Shown: piece by piece, positions 51,380-62,987 of the stretch
How positions within the stretch are numbered: position 1 is the stretch's first letter
Layout of the letters: every line of letters begins with the position of its first letter
Origin: Antechinus flavipes
Lineage: Eukaryota
Assembly: GCF_016432865.1 (NCBI RefSeq)
Contig: NC_067403.1
Span: forward strand, 254,882,001-254,946,000
Length of the DNA: 64,000 bases
Reading direction: 5' to 3'
Notes under the pieces: model-generated
What the model saw: the letters and a program-made list of their open reading frames with translations, nothing else
Told to the model about the DNA's origin: nothing
Databases searched by the model: none
Made by a program: the position numbers and the translations under genes

Positions 51380-52000
51380 GAGCGAGCGCTGGGCCCGGCG
51401 GCCATCTTGGTTTGGGGCGGAAGTCCGTTACTCTGGCTCTGAAGTAAACGAAACCAGTTCAGGGCCCTCGGGAGCCACTGAGGGACCCGGCCCGGCCCGG
51501 GCTTGGGGCGGGGCCGAGGTTACGGGCGAGGATTGGCTGAAAAGGAGCGGGGTTCCGAGGCCAGGAGTGTAGCCGCCACCTCGTCTCCATGGCGACGGCC
51601 CCTCCTCCCCTGGGCGTCCGCCGGCCCGCGGCACGGCGCGAGGCCATTCCCGGACGCGGCTACGCTAGAGGCGGCGCGCGCGCCCCCTGTGTCCTCCTCC
51701 CTGCCCGGAGCTCGGGCGGGGCGCTGCGCACTTTGCGTAGGGACGGGCGCAGCGCATGCGCAGCGGTCTCCAGAGGCGGAGGAGGAGGCGGAGGCGGCCG
51801 AGGAAGCGGCGGAGGCGGAGCCGGGGAGCCGGGAGCCGGGGAGCCGGGGATCCTGATCCCGGTCCCGGCATCGGCGCCGGCTCCCCCGGAGCACAGCGGA
51901 TCGCGTCGGGCTTCGGCCCGGCTGGAGCCCGGGGAGGCCCCGGGGCCTGGGCCGCGCGGGACCGGACACGTCGTGACGTGACAGGGCGCCCGAGGGAGGC
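51380..52000. promoter_or_regulatory. Bidirectional CpG-island promoter BAD(-)/GPR137(+)
   Basis: YY1 GCCATCTT ~51401, ETS GGCGGAAGT ~51417, ATTGG 51532, NRF1 palindrome GCGCATGCGC 51752-51761, CRE-like TGACGTGA ~51974; possible BAD exon-1 donor (minus) at 51431. Confidence 0.7.
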
Positions 52001-52254
52001 CTCGACATTCATCCCGGAGCCCAGGGCAGAGACCCTGGACCCAACCGGACAGACCCCGGGCACCCCCTCCGGGGAGAGCCCACCACGAGCGGGACGCGAG
52101 CTGGACAGAGACCCCCAGCCCTCGGGGTCCCAGAAGACCCCCACATTGCATCCCGTGGCGTGGAGACCCCAGGCCTGCTAATCTTCCGGGGGGCCTGGGA
52201 CAGGGGGAGACGTCTCACCCGTTAGGCGATCCCAGAGTTCACAGAGAGAGACCC

Positions 52255-52725
52255 CCAGAGATCCAGGCTGGCATCTTAGCCTCGGGAGACCCCCAGACTC
52301 CAAAGAATCTGGAGGAGACCCCTGGGAGACAGTGTAGACTCTGACTCCCCTCCCCCTGCAATAGACAGAGCCCTAGACCCTGACTGGCATCTTAGCTCGG
52401 GGTCACCCCCAGGTCCCCCAGAACTAGAAGAGGCCTCAGGGAGTCAGTGCAGACAGCTGCCCCCTCCCCCTGCAATAGACAGGCCCTTAGACCTGAGACT
52501 GGCATCTAGGGCGGGATCACCCCCAGGCCCCCCCAAATCCGGAAGACACCTCTTGCAGTGAGTGCAGACACCCCTCCCCTCCCCCTTCAATAGACAGGCC
52601 CTTAGACTAACCCCAGAGACCCCAACTGGCATCGTAACTTCTGGAGACCCCAGAGAATCTGGAGGAACCCTCTGAGAGTCAGTGCAGACACCCTGCCCCC
52701 TTCCCCTGCAATAGACAGACTCGCT
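52255..52725 (+). repeat. Degenerate ~115-bp tandem repeat x4 in GPR137 intron 1
   Basis: Anchor cccctccccctgcaatagacag recurs at ~52358, 52472, 52587, 52708. Confidence 0.8.
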
Positions 52726-53097
52726 CCCCAGCCCTATAACTGTGGGGGACCCAACCCACGGGGCCGAGACCCCAGACCCAGGAGAGAAAGAGAGAGACCC
52801 TGATACTTGGGAAGGGAGGTGAGGAGACCTGAGTCTGGCTGGGCAGACAGGAGGGAGGGAGAGGGCTCGGCTGGACTGTTTTGTGTGTGTCTCGGGATGG
52901 GAGACCAGGGCTGACCAGCCAGGACCCCGCCCTCTCAGGGGCGCCCCCTGCTGCTTCCCTTCTGTAAGGGAGGAGAGGTTGATGGGGGGGGAGGGAGCCA
53001 GCCTGGACCCTGCCCCCCATCCTGTCCTGTCCCTGCCTGCTTTCTGAAGCTTGGTCTCTTCTGTCTCATCCCACCTTCCCAGGCCTCCTCGCCCGGC

Positions 53098-55409
53098 ATG
53101 GAGGGCAACCTGTCGGGGCTGGTGCCCGCTGCGGGGCTGGTGCCCGCGCTGCCCCCCGCCGTGACTCTGGGGCTGACTGCTGCCTACACCACGCTGTACG
53201 GCCTGCTCTTCCTCTCGGTCTATGCCCAGCTCTGGCTGGTGCTGCTCTACGGGCACAAGCGGCTCAGCTACCAGACGGTCTTCCTGGCGCTGTGCCTGCT
53301 CTGGGCCGCCCTGCGTACCACCCTCTTCTCCTTCTACTTCCGCGACACGGCTCGAGCCAACCGCCTGGGCCCCCTGCCCTTCTGGCTGCTCTACTGCTGT
53401 CCCGTGTGCCTGCAGTTTTTCACCCTCACCCTCATGAACCTCTACTTTGCCCAGGTAACAGGAGAGGGGGCCAAGGGACCGTGGAGTGGGTTCATTGTCA
53501 GGCAGCGACCCCCTCCCCGAGGGCCATGGGCCCCTGCTCTGGCCCATCCAGGGACCGCCGCGGCTGTGGGGTCAGGGGCCATCCTGGGACCTCCAGCCAG
53601 GGCTGTCATTTACGCTTCCTCTCCCTCTGGCCTAGGTGGTGTTCAAGGCAAAGACAAAGCAGCACCCCGAGATGAGCCGGGGCCTGTGAGTATTCCTGCG
53701 GAAGGCCCATCCCCGTGAGCCCCGAGAACGGGTGGGTCAGCATGACAGCCATTCCCTTGGTTTCCGCCCCAGGACAGACACTGGGCTGTCGTGAGACTAG
53801 GAAGTGGGCAAGAAGCTCCCTCGGGTCAGCCAACGGCTCAGGGTGGCGGTGCCCGCCCGGTGCCCCCTCCTGCATGGAGGGCAGCCGGGGCCCTTGCCGG
53901 CTCCTGCAGGCCCACGGCTTTGGGGCTGAGGCTCGGATGTTGCAGGGCAGGGGCCCCTCCCGGTCGGGGGGCGGCGGGGGGAGGGACTGACCGGAGCCTG
54001 TGGGCCGCAGGCTGGCCGTGCGGGGGGCCTTCGTCGGGGCCTCCCTGCTCTTCCTGCTGGTGAACGTGCTGTGTGCCATGCTGTCCCGCCGGCGCCGGAC
54101 GCAGCCCTGGGCCCTGCTGCTGGTGCGCGTGCTGGTGAGCGACTCGCTCTTTGTGATCTGCGCCCTGTCCCTGGCTGCCTGCCTCTGCCTGGTGGCGCGG
54201 CGGGCCCCCTCCACCAGCATCTACCTGGAGGCCAAGGTAGGGGCTCGGCCCAGGGGCTTCTGGGATTGCTCGCGGGATGGCTGGGGCCGCCTCGGGCCCG
54301 CGAAGCCGGACCTAAGTCAGCGCGCCCGTCTGTGTGCAGGGGACCAGCGTGTGTCAGGCCGCGGCCATGGGCGGGGCCATGGTTCTGCTCTATGCCAGCC
54401 GGGCCTGCTACAACCTGGCGGCCCTGGCGCTGGCCCCCCACAGCCGGCTGGACTCCTTCGACTACGACTGGTACAACGTCTCTGACCAGGTGGGTGAGCT
54501 GCTGGGGGTCCTTGTCTCCGAGCCTCGCCCTTGGCGGGCGTCACCGGGCCCCCTCCCCTCCTCGGTCTGCCACGGCTCCCTTTGCTCTCTCCCTCCCCTG
54601 GCAGGCTGACCTGGTGAATGATCTGGGGGACAAGGGCTACCTGGTCTTCGGTCTCATCCTCTTTGTGTGGGAGCTGCTGCCCACCACCCTGCTTGTTGGC
54701 TTCTTTCGGGTCCACCGGCCCCCGCAGGACCTGGTAAGCTCCTCCCTTGGCCCCCCGCCAGGGTCTGGGAGGGCCGGGGGGTCGGGTGGGGGGACGGAAG
54801 GGGAGCGCGTGCGTGGAGCCGCTAACGCCCTCTGGCCCCCTCCCGAAGAGCACCAGCCGCATCATCAACGGACAGGTCTTCACTTCTCGCTCCTACTTCT
54901 TTGACCGGGCCGGACATTGCGAAGATGAAGGAGGACCCTGGGAGCACGGCCGGGGAGAGAGCACCAGGTATGGGGGTGCCGTGGAGACAGCAGGGGCTTC
55001 TGGGGCTCTGTCCGTGGGGACCTCGGGGCCCGTCTCGCAGCCCCTCGGAGACGCTCCTGCCCCAGGCGCCTGCTCTGGCAGCCTTTGCCGTCCCGCCCAC
55101 TGCCCCTTACCTTGGGATGAAGGAGCAGGATCCCAGCTTCCCCGTTCTCGGCCCCGGCCGGAGTGGCCCCGAGTCCCATCTCGCTTTGCTTTCTAGCCCA
55201 CTGCTCGTTGGGCCTGTGTGCTCAGTGCCCCCGTCTCTCTCTGCAGCCTGTCGGGGAGCCTGGGGGCTGGCAGCTGGTACGGTGCTATTGGGCGGGAGCC
55301 CGGCTGGTGTGTGGGCAGCCAGAGCCGAAGCGCGCCCCTCCTGTTCTCCCAGGTGGCCGGGCCTGCCGGCCACCATCACCACAGCCTCTACTCCACCCCG
55401 CAAACATGA
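53098..55409 (+). CDS. GPR137: G protein-coupled receptor 137 (lysosomal 7TM), 397 aa
   Basis: Coding exons 53098-53454, 53636-53685, 54011-54236, 54340-54489, 54605-54733, 54849-54967, 55247-55409; phases consistent (1194 nt). [64 protein letters not shown]. Confidence 0.96.
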
Positions 55410-55632
55410 GCTCCCCGCAGCCTGGGCTAGGGCGGGGCGCCCCTCCTCCAGACGGCCCCTTCTTGCCTTCCTGCCTTCCGCAGCCCTGCCCTCTGCCCTC
55501 TGCCCTTTGCCCCTGCCAAGTCTGCAGCTTCTAGTGCTGGGTCCAGCTCCTTAGCTGCTCCTCTCGGAGTGAGCTTCTGCCTCCTGCTGGGGGCGCCACA
55601 CGGAGCCCGCTACCTCTCTGTGCCTGCTGCTC

Positions 55633-55638
55633 AATAAA
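55633..55638 (+). terminator. GPR137 polyadenylation signal AATAAA
   Basis: Direct reading. Confidence 0.8.
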
Positions 55639-56699
55639 CAGTGCCCGTGCCCCTTGGAACCGCGGTCTGGTGCTTGTGGCCTCCGGCTCGCAGACGGGAC
55701 TTCCAGGTCCCCGTGCTGGTCTAGCCCCAGAAAAAGGCGGGGGGGGAGGAGGGGAGGACGAAAGTCACAGAGGCTAGAGCTGGCAAGGCAGGCTTGGAAG
55801 CTGGCAGCAAGCCAGCCCCGCCGCCCCCCGGACCTCCAACCTCCCCTCCTCTCCTTGGAACGAGGGCCTGGGCCCGGGGGGCGTCAGTAGAATCCGGAGG
55901 GCCCAGGAGTACGCAGGGAGGGGGGGAGCCTTCAACAAAGTGACCTCCATTTGGAATCTGGTCCCTTCTGAGGAAGGAGACTGGTTCCGAGGCGGTCCAG
56001 GTCCTTGTCAATCTGCAGGGCCCCACGGGGGGATGACTTGATTGTCTCTGGTGAGGACACCCTGAAGTCAGGGCTTGTCTAGACCTTGGAAGCCTCCCAG
56101 GATGGGGGTGGGGTCCACGGATGGGTGAACCAAAGAACCACCGGCCTCTGCCCATTCTGGGAACTGATGGATGAGCTCCTGGGACTTCCCGAAGGAGTCG
56201 GGGCAGGGCCAAAAGGCAGGGCATCCCATGGGGACGGTGGCAGGGGAAGCAGAGTGATGGCAGTGGGCTGGGAGCCTTAAGTCGGCTTCCGGTGCCATCT
56301 GCCCCATGGACGGCCAGAACGGGGCATCTGTCACGAGCCCTGGCACAGGTGGGCTGGCCCCCTGGGAGATATTGGAGGGGGTGGGCAGCGTCCTCCCCTC
56401 CTTGGTCCCCCCTGCTCCACCCTGTACTTAGGCCGGGCCCTGCTGAGAATGGCAGCCCCAAGGTTTCCTCTGCCCACAAGGGCCCCGGAGATGGGGCGCC
56501 CAGGCTGGTTTATTTCCCCTGGGCATCGGGCTGACCCCTCTCGCCAGGACTTGGGCCCGTCCTGCTTGGGGCACTCGGCTTGGGCACAGCCCTAGAACAG
56601 CCGGAGGTGAGCAGAGGGCTGAATCCTGGCGGGGAAAGGAGGTGCAGACCCAGAGAAAGGGGGGGCAAGAAAGCAGGTGGGGGGAGGGCAAGGAAGGGG

Positions 56700-57700
56700 G
56701 CTGGGCTGCCTCTGACCCGCTCAGGCCGGGCCAGTCACGGCTCGCTAGCACGCGTGTCCGCGCTCTCGGGGCCCCGGCTCCCCACGCCCCCACAACTGCT
56801 GCACACAGTTGGGACTCGGGATGCATCGGCAAGGCAGCCAGGCGGCGGGCGGGGGCAGGGAAAGGGGCTGGCAGCCGGGGGAGGGGGCCGGCCCGCACAC
56901 CGTCCTGCGCTCCAGGAGACGGTCCCGAGGGGCCCAGACGCCCGCGTGTGTCCGTGCGAACGTGAGTGTGGCCGTGGGGCGGGGCGGGAGACGCGGCGGG
57001 GACCAGATGTGTGTGCGGTGCGTGGGCACGGCGTGGGCCCGCGGGAGTCCGCGTCCGGGTGGCGTGAGCCTGCGAGTGGGCAGCTGGCGAATGTGGCGGA
57101 GTGGGGGACGTGCGCGGCCGCGTGTGCGCTGGGCCGTCGGTCCCCACCTCCCCCCGCCGGAGCTTGGGGCTGTTCCCGCGGTCACTGCGGTTCCCGAGCA
57201 GCTGGTCTGCGGGTCCCCGGGGCAGCCGGGAGCCGTCACGCCCCCTCCAGGGCGCCTTCCTCCAGCGGGGACCGGCAGAGCCTCTTGGCCGCCCTCGTCC
57301 CCCGCGGGGTCCAAGGTTCTGGCTGTGCGGGAGCCCCTCTCCGCCCGCCCCCGCCCTCCCGGACCCGCCCTGCGGCTGTTCCCTGAAACCCCGGGCCGAG
57401 GCAGGGGGTGCGGGGGGGGGGGGGGCCTTGGGCGCGGCGCCCCCGGGGAGAGGAGCGCTGCCCCCGCCGTTAGGCTTGGGGGCGCGGGGCCGGCCAGGTC
57501 TGCGCCCAAGTTCCCCTTTCCCCTCCCCCGCCCCGGGCTAACTGGGGCGCCCGCTCCGTCTGCGGGAAGATGCTGCAGCCCGCCCCGAGCAGGGCGGGGC
57601 CGGGCCAGGTGTGGCGGCGGCCGGGAGCCGGAGGGAGCCCAGGGGCCGGGGGCTCGGCCGGAGCTCTGGGCGCGGACTCCTCCCTCCCTCCGAGCCGCCT
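56700..57700 (+). promoter_or_regulatory. CpG island / promoter and candidate non-coding exon 1 of KCNK4
   Basis: CpG-dense; candidate donor CAG|GTGTGG at 57609; acceptor ccccgcag at 58159-58160. Confidence 0.55.
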
Positions 57701-58247
57701 TTTCTGCAGCTCTCCATCACTCTGCTGCCGCATTCCTCCCTTTCCGCTCCGCTTCCTGCCCTTGGTCTCGCGGTCCTCCCGCTCCCCGGCTGGCCCCCCG
57801 CCCCCCGCCCCCCTCCTCCTTGTCAGCCCCATCACGCTCCGGCTGGGAGTCTGGTTCCCCCGAGTCTGCTCGGTCCCCCTCCCCCCAATAAGAGCTGTTG
57901 AAAGGGGCAGAGGAGGTAAGGGAAGGGGGCGATGGAGGGCAGAGGAGGGGTGCAGGTTAGCGGGGAGCGAAGGCTATGACTAGTCCCAGGCGTGGGTGAC
58001 GGGAGGACCCAGGACGGGGGGTGCGCGCACTGGCAGGTCTCTGGAGGGGCAGCGTGGGGACGGAGCGGGGAAACGGGGGCCGGGAGCGAGGGCAGACCGG
58101 AGGCGGGGGAACGGCTCCGGCATCAGGTAGATGGAGCTGACGCCCCCTCCCTCCCCGCAGCGTCCATGCTCGTCACCGCCGTGACCAGGAGATTTGGGGC
58201 AAAACCGCAGCTCCCGGGGGCGCGGCCGCCCGTCGTCAGGCCGTGGC

Positions 58248-61200
58248 ATGAGACCCACCACCCTCCTGGCCCTCCTGGCCCTGGTGCTGCTCTACCTGGC
58301 GTCCGGGGCCCTGGTGTTCAGGGCCTTTGAGATGCCGAAGGAACAGCAGGCTCAAAGCAGTTTGGGAAAGACCCGGGAAAACTTCCTCCGGGCGCACCCG
58401 TGCGTTAACCTGTCCGTGCTCCAGGCTTTTATAGAGGTGAGGTGGGCTGGGGGCGTGGGAGGGGGAGCCGGCCCCTGGCTCCTCCCCCTGCCGGGCGCTC
58501 TGGGGAGGGGCGAGGCGGGAACCCCGGGGGCGCCCAGGCAGCCGAGCTTTCTGGGGAACTTGGCCGGGAGCTGGCGGCTCAGAGCTGAAGCTGGCGAGAG
58601 AGGTGCTGCTTTCCCTCTCCTGCACCCACTCGATGCGGGGGACGTCCCGAGGAGAAGGCCAGGGGCCAAAGCTGGGGGAGGGGGGAGAACGTCGGGTGGG
58701 TTCCGCTGGCTTCCGAGGAGCCGCCCTCTCCTTTTCCCTCCCCCCAACCCAGCAATCCAGGCGGCGTTGGGCTGGAGCCCCACTGAGACTCAGCAGGTCT
58801 CTGCTTGGAGGAGAGGGCTGGGGGTGGGGCCGCCACCCAGGAGGATTCTCTGACTTCAGAATCGGCCATTTACAAACTAAAATTAAGCTGTAATAAATGA
58901 TTAAAAAACATCCGCCCCCCTGGCCTCTTCCCCTGGGCTTGGGCAGTACCAGGCAAGACGCACCCGCGGGGGCCCCGGACGCCCTGGAAGGGGCAGCAGC
59001 CGGTGCGGGGATGTGGGTGCTGGGGGGTGGGGGTCTGGGAGCAGAACTCCTCTGGACTGCTGTTCTCCAAGAGGCCGGAGCCGGGCTCTCCACACAGACC
59101 ACAAAGACACAGAAGTGACCCATTTTCCTCGTTGCAATGGACACGTATATATTGGAAAACAAAACCGAGGAGCCGGGCCGGGAGCTGGGGTTGGCCAGTT
59201 CCGGAGCTCTGGGCGAGGTCTCCCGGGAAGGTGGCTGCCCAGCAGAGGGGCAGGAAGGGGCTGGGGGCTCCGATCCATCCTGCCCCGGCTCAGAGGGGCC
59301 AAGTTCCGGGGGGAGAAGCTAAGCTCGGGGCCCTGGGAGGAGCTGCCAGGGAAGGAGAAGCAGGCTTTTAAGGTGGCCTTATGGGAGACTGGCTGGGCAC
59401 AAGCCATTGGGCGGTTCCAAGACCCCGCACTTACTAAGACCCCCGTCCAATCCCTTCCCTTGTCTAGACCTCAGTAAAGGGATGCTGCTGGGCCAGGAGA
59501 GCGCTAAGCTCTCATCCAGCTCCCAAGCTTAGGAGAGGTAGGGCCTGGCTCGGAGAAGCCCGGAGAGCAGGTAAGCCGGACTCCAGTGGATGGCGCAGGG
59601 GGCGGGGCACTCTGTCCATCCCGTAATCCCCTCCTTTCCCTCCTGCAGCAGGTGGCCAATGACCTGTCCATGGGTGCCAACCCCGGAGACCTCACCAACG
59701 TCTCTGGCACAGCCTGGACCTTGGGCAGTGCCTTCTTCTTCGCGGGCACCATCATCACCACCATCGGTGGGCAGGGCAGGGTCGCCGGGTCAGACCATGA
59801 GAGGAGAGGCGGGAAGGGAGGCGGGAGGGGCACTCACAGAAGGCGCCTGAGCTTAGGTTCTTCAGGAGCTCTTGCTTCCTACCAAGCACCGAGAGCCCCC
59901 CAACTTTTCCCATGCATTAGCTCATCACCTCAGCGATCAGTTAAAATGGGGATGAAATCAGAGGAAGTCCCTGGAGCCCCTCCAACTTTTGGTGCGGATC
60001 ACAGCCCAGGGGGGCTGCTGCCCACTTTCCCGCCCCACTCCTCCCTCTGCTCAGGGCCAATCAGGCTTTGAGGGGGGTTAAAGGACAAAGGTCAGTGTCA
60101 GGGTTGTCTCCTCCTCCCGGATCCCTGAGGAGGTGCCACGGGCCGGGAGCCTGCCCTGATCCTCCATGTCCTCCAGGCTACGGGAACATGGTCCTGCTCA
60201 CAGACGAGGCTCGCATTTTCTGCATCTTTTATGCGCTGGTGGGGATCCCGCTGTTCGGGATGCTGTTGGCCGGGGTCGGCGACAAGCTGGGCTCTTCCCT
60301 GCGCCGGGGCATCGGCCACGTGGAAGCCATCTTCTTGGTGAGCGTCCCTGCGTTTGGGCCCCTTCCGGTCCCCACACGGTCCCTTCCGCATCTCTCCCCC
60401 CCCACCCCCAGCACGTGTGGAGCGGGAGCCAGAGGCCCCTCATGCGGATCAGCCGCCCCCCCCAATCCTCAGCCCCTTTTGAGTGAAAAGTTTCTCATCT
60501 CTAAGATGCTCTGATCCCGAGGGATGGTCAGCCCCTCCCTTCCTGGGCCTCAGTTTCCCCTTCGGTAAAAAGGGAGGGCTGCCCTAGGGGCTGTCTGATG
60601 GAACAGCCTGGATGCCCCTGGCTCCGGCCTGACCGCGGCTCCGCCCTCCCCCTCAGAAGTGGAAGGTCCAGCCGGCCCTGGTCCGCTCGCTCTCGGCCAT
60701 GCTCTTCCTCTTGGTTGGCTGCCTCCTTTTCGTCTTGGCGCCCATGTTCGTTTTCCGCTACATCGAGGGCTGGAGCACGCTGGAAGCGCTCTACTTCATC
60801 ATCGTGACGCTCACCACCGTGGGCTTCGGGGACTTCGTGCCCGGTGGGTGAGAGGCCCGAGCCAGGGAGGGAGGGAGCCGGCTGCTCGCCCCCGGAGTTG
60901 CGGCCAGGCGGTGGCCGGGCCGGTGGAGGGCAGGGGCACGGCAGCTCGAGCAGGTTCGCGCCCTGGGGGCGAGGGGCAGGGGAGGACAGCCGGCCGCCCC
61001 CGACGGCAACTGCGCCGGCTGCCCCCAGGCACGAACCCCGAGCAGTTCCCGGCCTACCAGCCCATGGTCTGGTTCTGGATTCTGATGGGCCTCGCCTACT
61101 TCGCCTCCATCCTCACCATGATCGGGAACTGGCTCCGGGTCGTGTCGGCGCGGACTCGGGCTGAGGTAGGGAGGCTCCTCTCTCTCCCCGACGGGGCGGG

Positions 61201-62125
61201 CGGGAAGGCGCTTTCCACTTCCGGCCTCGCTCCCACTCCCGAGCAGAGGCACAGCCTCGCTTAGTCCCCCCAGCTCCGCAGTGCGCCGAGCAGTCGCCTG
61301 GGGGCCCGGGCGGCAGGGATTCCTAGGAGGTGTCAACCGGGCTGTCGAGGAACTTGCCGACGTGGTGGGAGGAGACAGCGGCGGCTCACAGCTCCCCTCC
61401 CCTCCCCTCCCCCCCCTTCCACTGGAGCTTGCTTTCCGAACATTTCTCCCTCACAGCCACCCAGCCTGGGGTGGGGGTGGGCGTTTTAACAGGGCCAGCG
61501 AGACCGAGGGCAGAGCCGGGATGTTTAGCCAAATCTGTACGCAGTGACGCACAGGGCCGGGAGGTCTGGGTTCTAATCCCGCCCTGACACTGGCCAGGTT
61601 GCTTAAGGTGAGGCATCCCATCTGGTTTCTTCCATCCCTAAGTGGGAGGCGGTCCGAGGTGGTCCGGATAGGGCGTTGGCAGTTTAGTCCCAGCCCCCCG
61701 AGGCGCACTCCGTCCTCCCTCCTTTCCCTCCGCAGATGGGCGACCTTACGGCTCATGCAGCCAGCTGGACCGGCACGGTGACGGCGCGGATGACGCAGCG
61801 CGCCGGGGCGGACGCGCGGGAGCCGGAGCCGCCACTCCCCGAGAAGCCGAGCTCCGGGCCGCCCCCGACGCCCCCCGCCAAGCCGGGAGCGGGGTCGCCC
61901 AGCCTGGAGAAGGCGAAGCCCCCTTCCTCGGCGCCCACGAGCTCGGTTTCAGCGCCCCTCGATTACCCGGGAGAGAACTTCGCCTTCATCGACGAGTCTT
62001 CAGACACGCAGAGCGAGCGGGGAAGCGTGCTCCCGCGCAGCCGCCGAGCCGGCCTCAAGCAGCCCAGGAAACCCGCGAGGCCTCGCCACTCCCGCCACGG
62101 CCCAGACAAGAGGGAGCTGGCCTAG
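58248..62125 (+). CDS. KCNK4: Two-pore K+ channel TRAAK (K2P4.1), 393 aa
   Basis: Coding exons 58248-58436, 59649-59766, 60177-60337, 60657-60843, 61029-61165, 61736-62125 (1182 nt). Cap HPCV, P1 TIITTIGYGN, P2 [10 protein letters not shown]4 [15 protein letters not shown], tail [16 protein letters not shown]. Confidence 0.97.
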
Positions 62126-62308
62126 CCGGGCGGCCGCTCAGGCGCAGCCCTCGTGGGCTCCTGCTCCTCTCGCCTCCCTCCGGGTTTTCGTTCAGCCAAA
62201 GAGCTCCCATTCTCCGGGGAGTGGGGCATCCTGGGAACCGGTGCTCCTGTCCTAAAAGCTCCCTGCCTGTCTTCCCTCCCCGGACCCTCCCGCCCGGGCT
62301 TCCTACTC

Positions 62309-62314
62309 AATAAA
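62309..62314 (+). terminator. KCNK4 polyadenylation signal AATAAA
   Basis: Direct reading. Confidence 0.8.
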
Positions 62315-62579
62315 GTCTTCCGTGCGCCTGCTTCTGTGTCTCCTACCTCTAGGGGGCCGAGGGAGGCGCGAGGTGCGCGCTGCACTGCCTAGGGGCTTGG
62401 ATGGGTCCCTGAGGGGGTCAGGGGAGCCGCGGGCTCGCGGGGCGGCCGGACCATGCAGTGGATGTGGAATCAGGTTTCTCCTTCCTTGAGCTAGGTGAGC
62501 TCGGGCAGTAGTCACTGGAGCGAGTGAGTGTTTAGGATAGTGGTGTTCCTCTCCCTCCCCCCCGGTTTTGTCATCTGTA

Positions 62580-62735
62580 TGATGGTGCAGCGGTAGGAGC
62601 ACCGAGCTCGGATCGGGAAGACCGCTTCCTGAGTTCAAATCAAGCCTCGGGCGCTCGCTGGCTGTGTGTATTGTAAACTCGTAAAATGAGCAGAAGACAA
62701 CGGCAAGCTCCTCCGGCATCTTTGCCCACAACCCC
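62580..62735 (+). mobile_element. GC-drifted MAR1-like SINE between KCNK4 and CATSPERZ
   Basis: ggtgcagcggtaggagcacc...cttcctgagttcaaatcaagcctc...gctgtgtg and tail ctccggcatctttgcccacaacccc. Confidence 0.55.
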
Positions 62736-62987
62736 CAAAAACAACCGTGGGAGGGATGGACTGGGCGGAGTCTCGGGGTGCTGGTCCTGGAGTTTGGGAT
62801 CCCGGGAGCCTTTGGATCTCCGGCTTGGGCGAAGGGAAGGAGGGTCCTTTAAGTGGTAGGGTCCGAATTCCCAACTCGTGACTTAATCCCAACGTCTCCG
62901 TCCCCCCTACCCCCCACCCCCCACTTCCCGAGAGCACGACCTTCAGAGCTCAGTTGTATAACGGGCTCTGGTCGTTGGGGCAAGAGG

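Noticed and set aside
54968-55196. GPR137 intron-6 read-through coding extension
   Set aside because: Strong donor and acceptor present; the extension is low-complexity with no support.
55940-56070. Minus-strand peptide LQIDKDLDRLG resembling a TBC motif
   Set aside because: Short, bounded by stops, no further similarity; likely chance.
58410-58428. REST/RE1 site in neuronal KCNK4
   Set aside because: Only the CTGTCCGTG half matches and the other half-site is missing.
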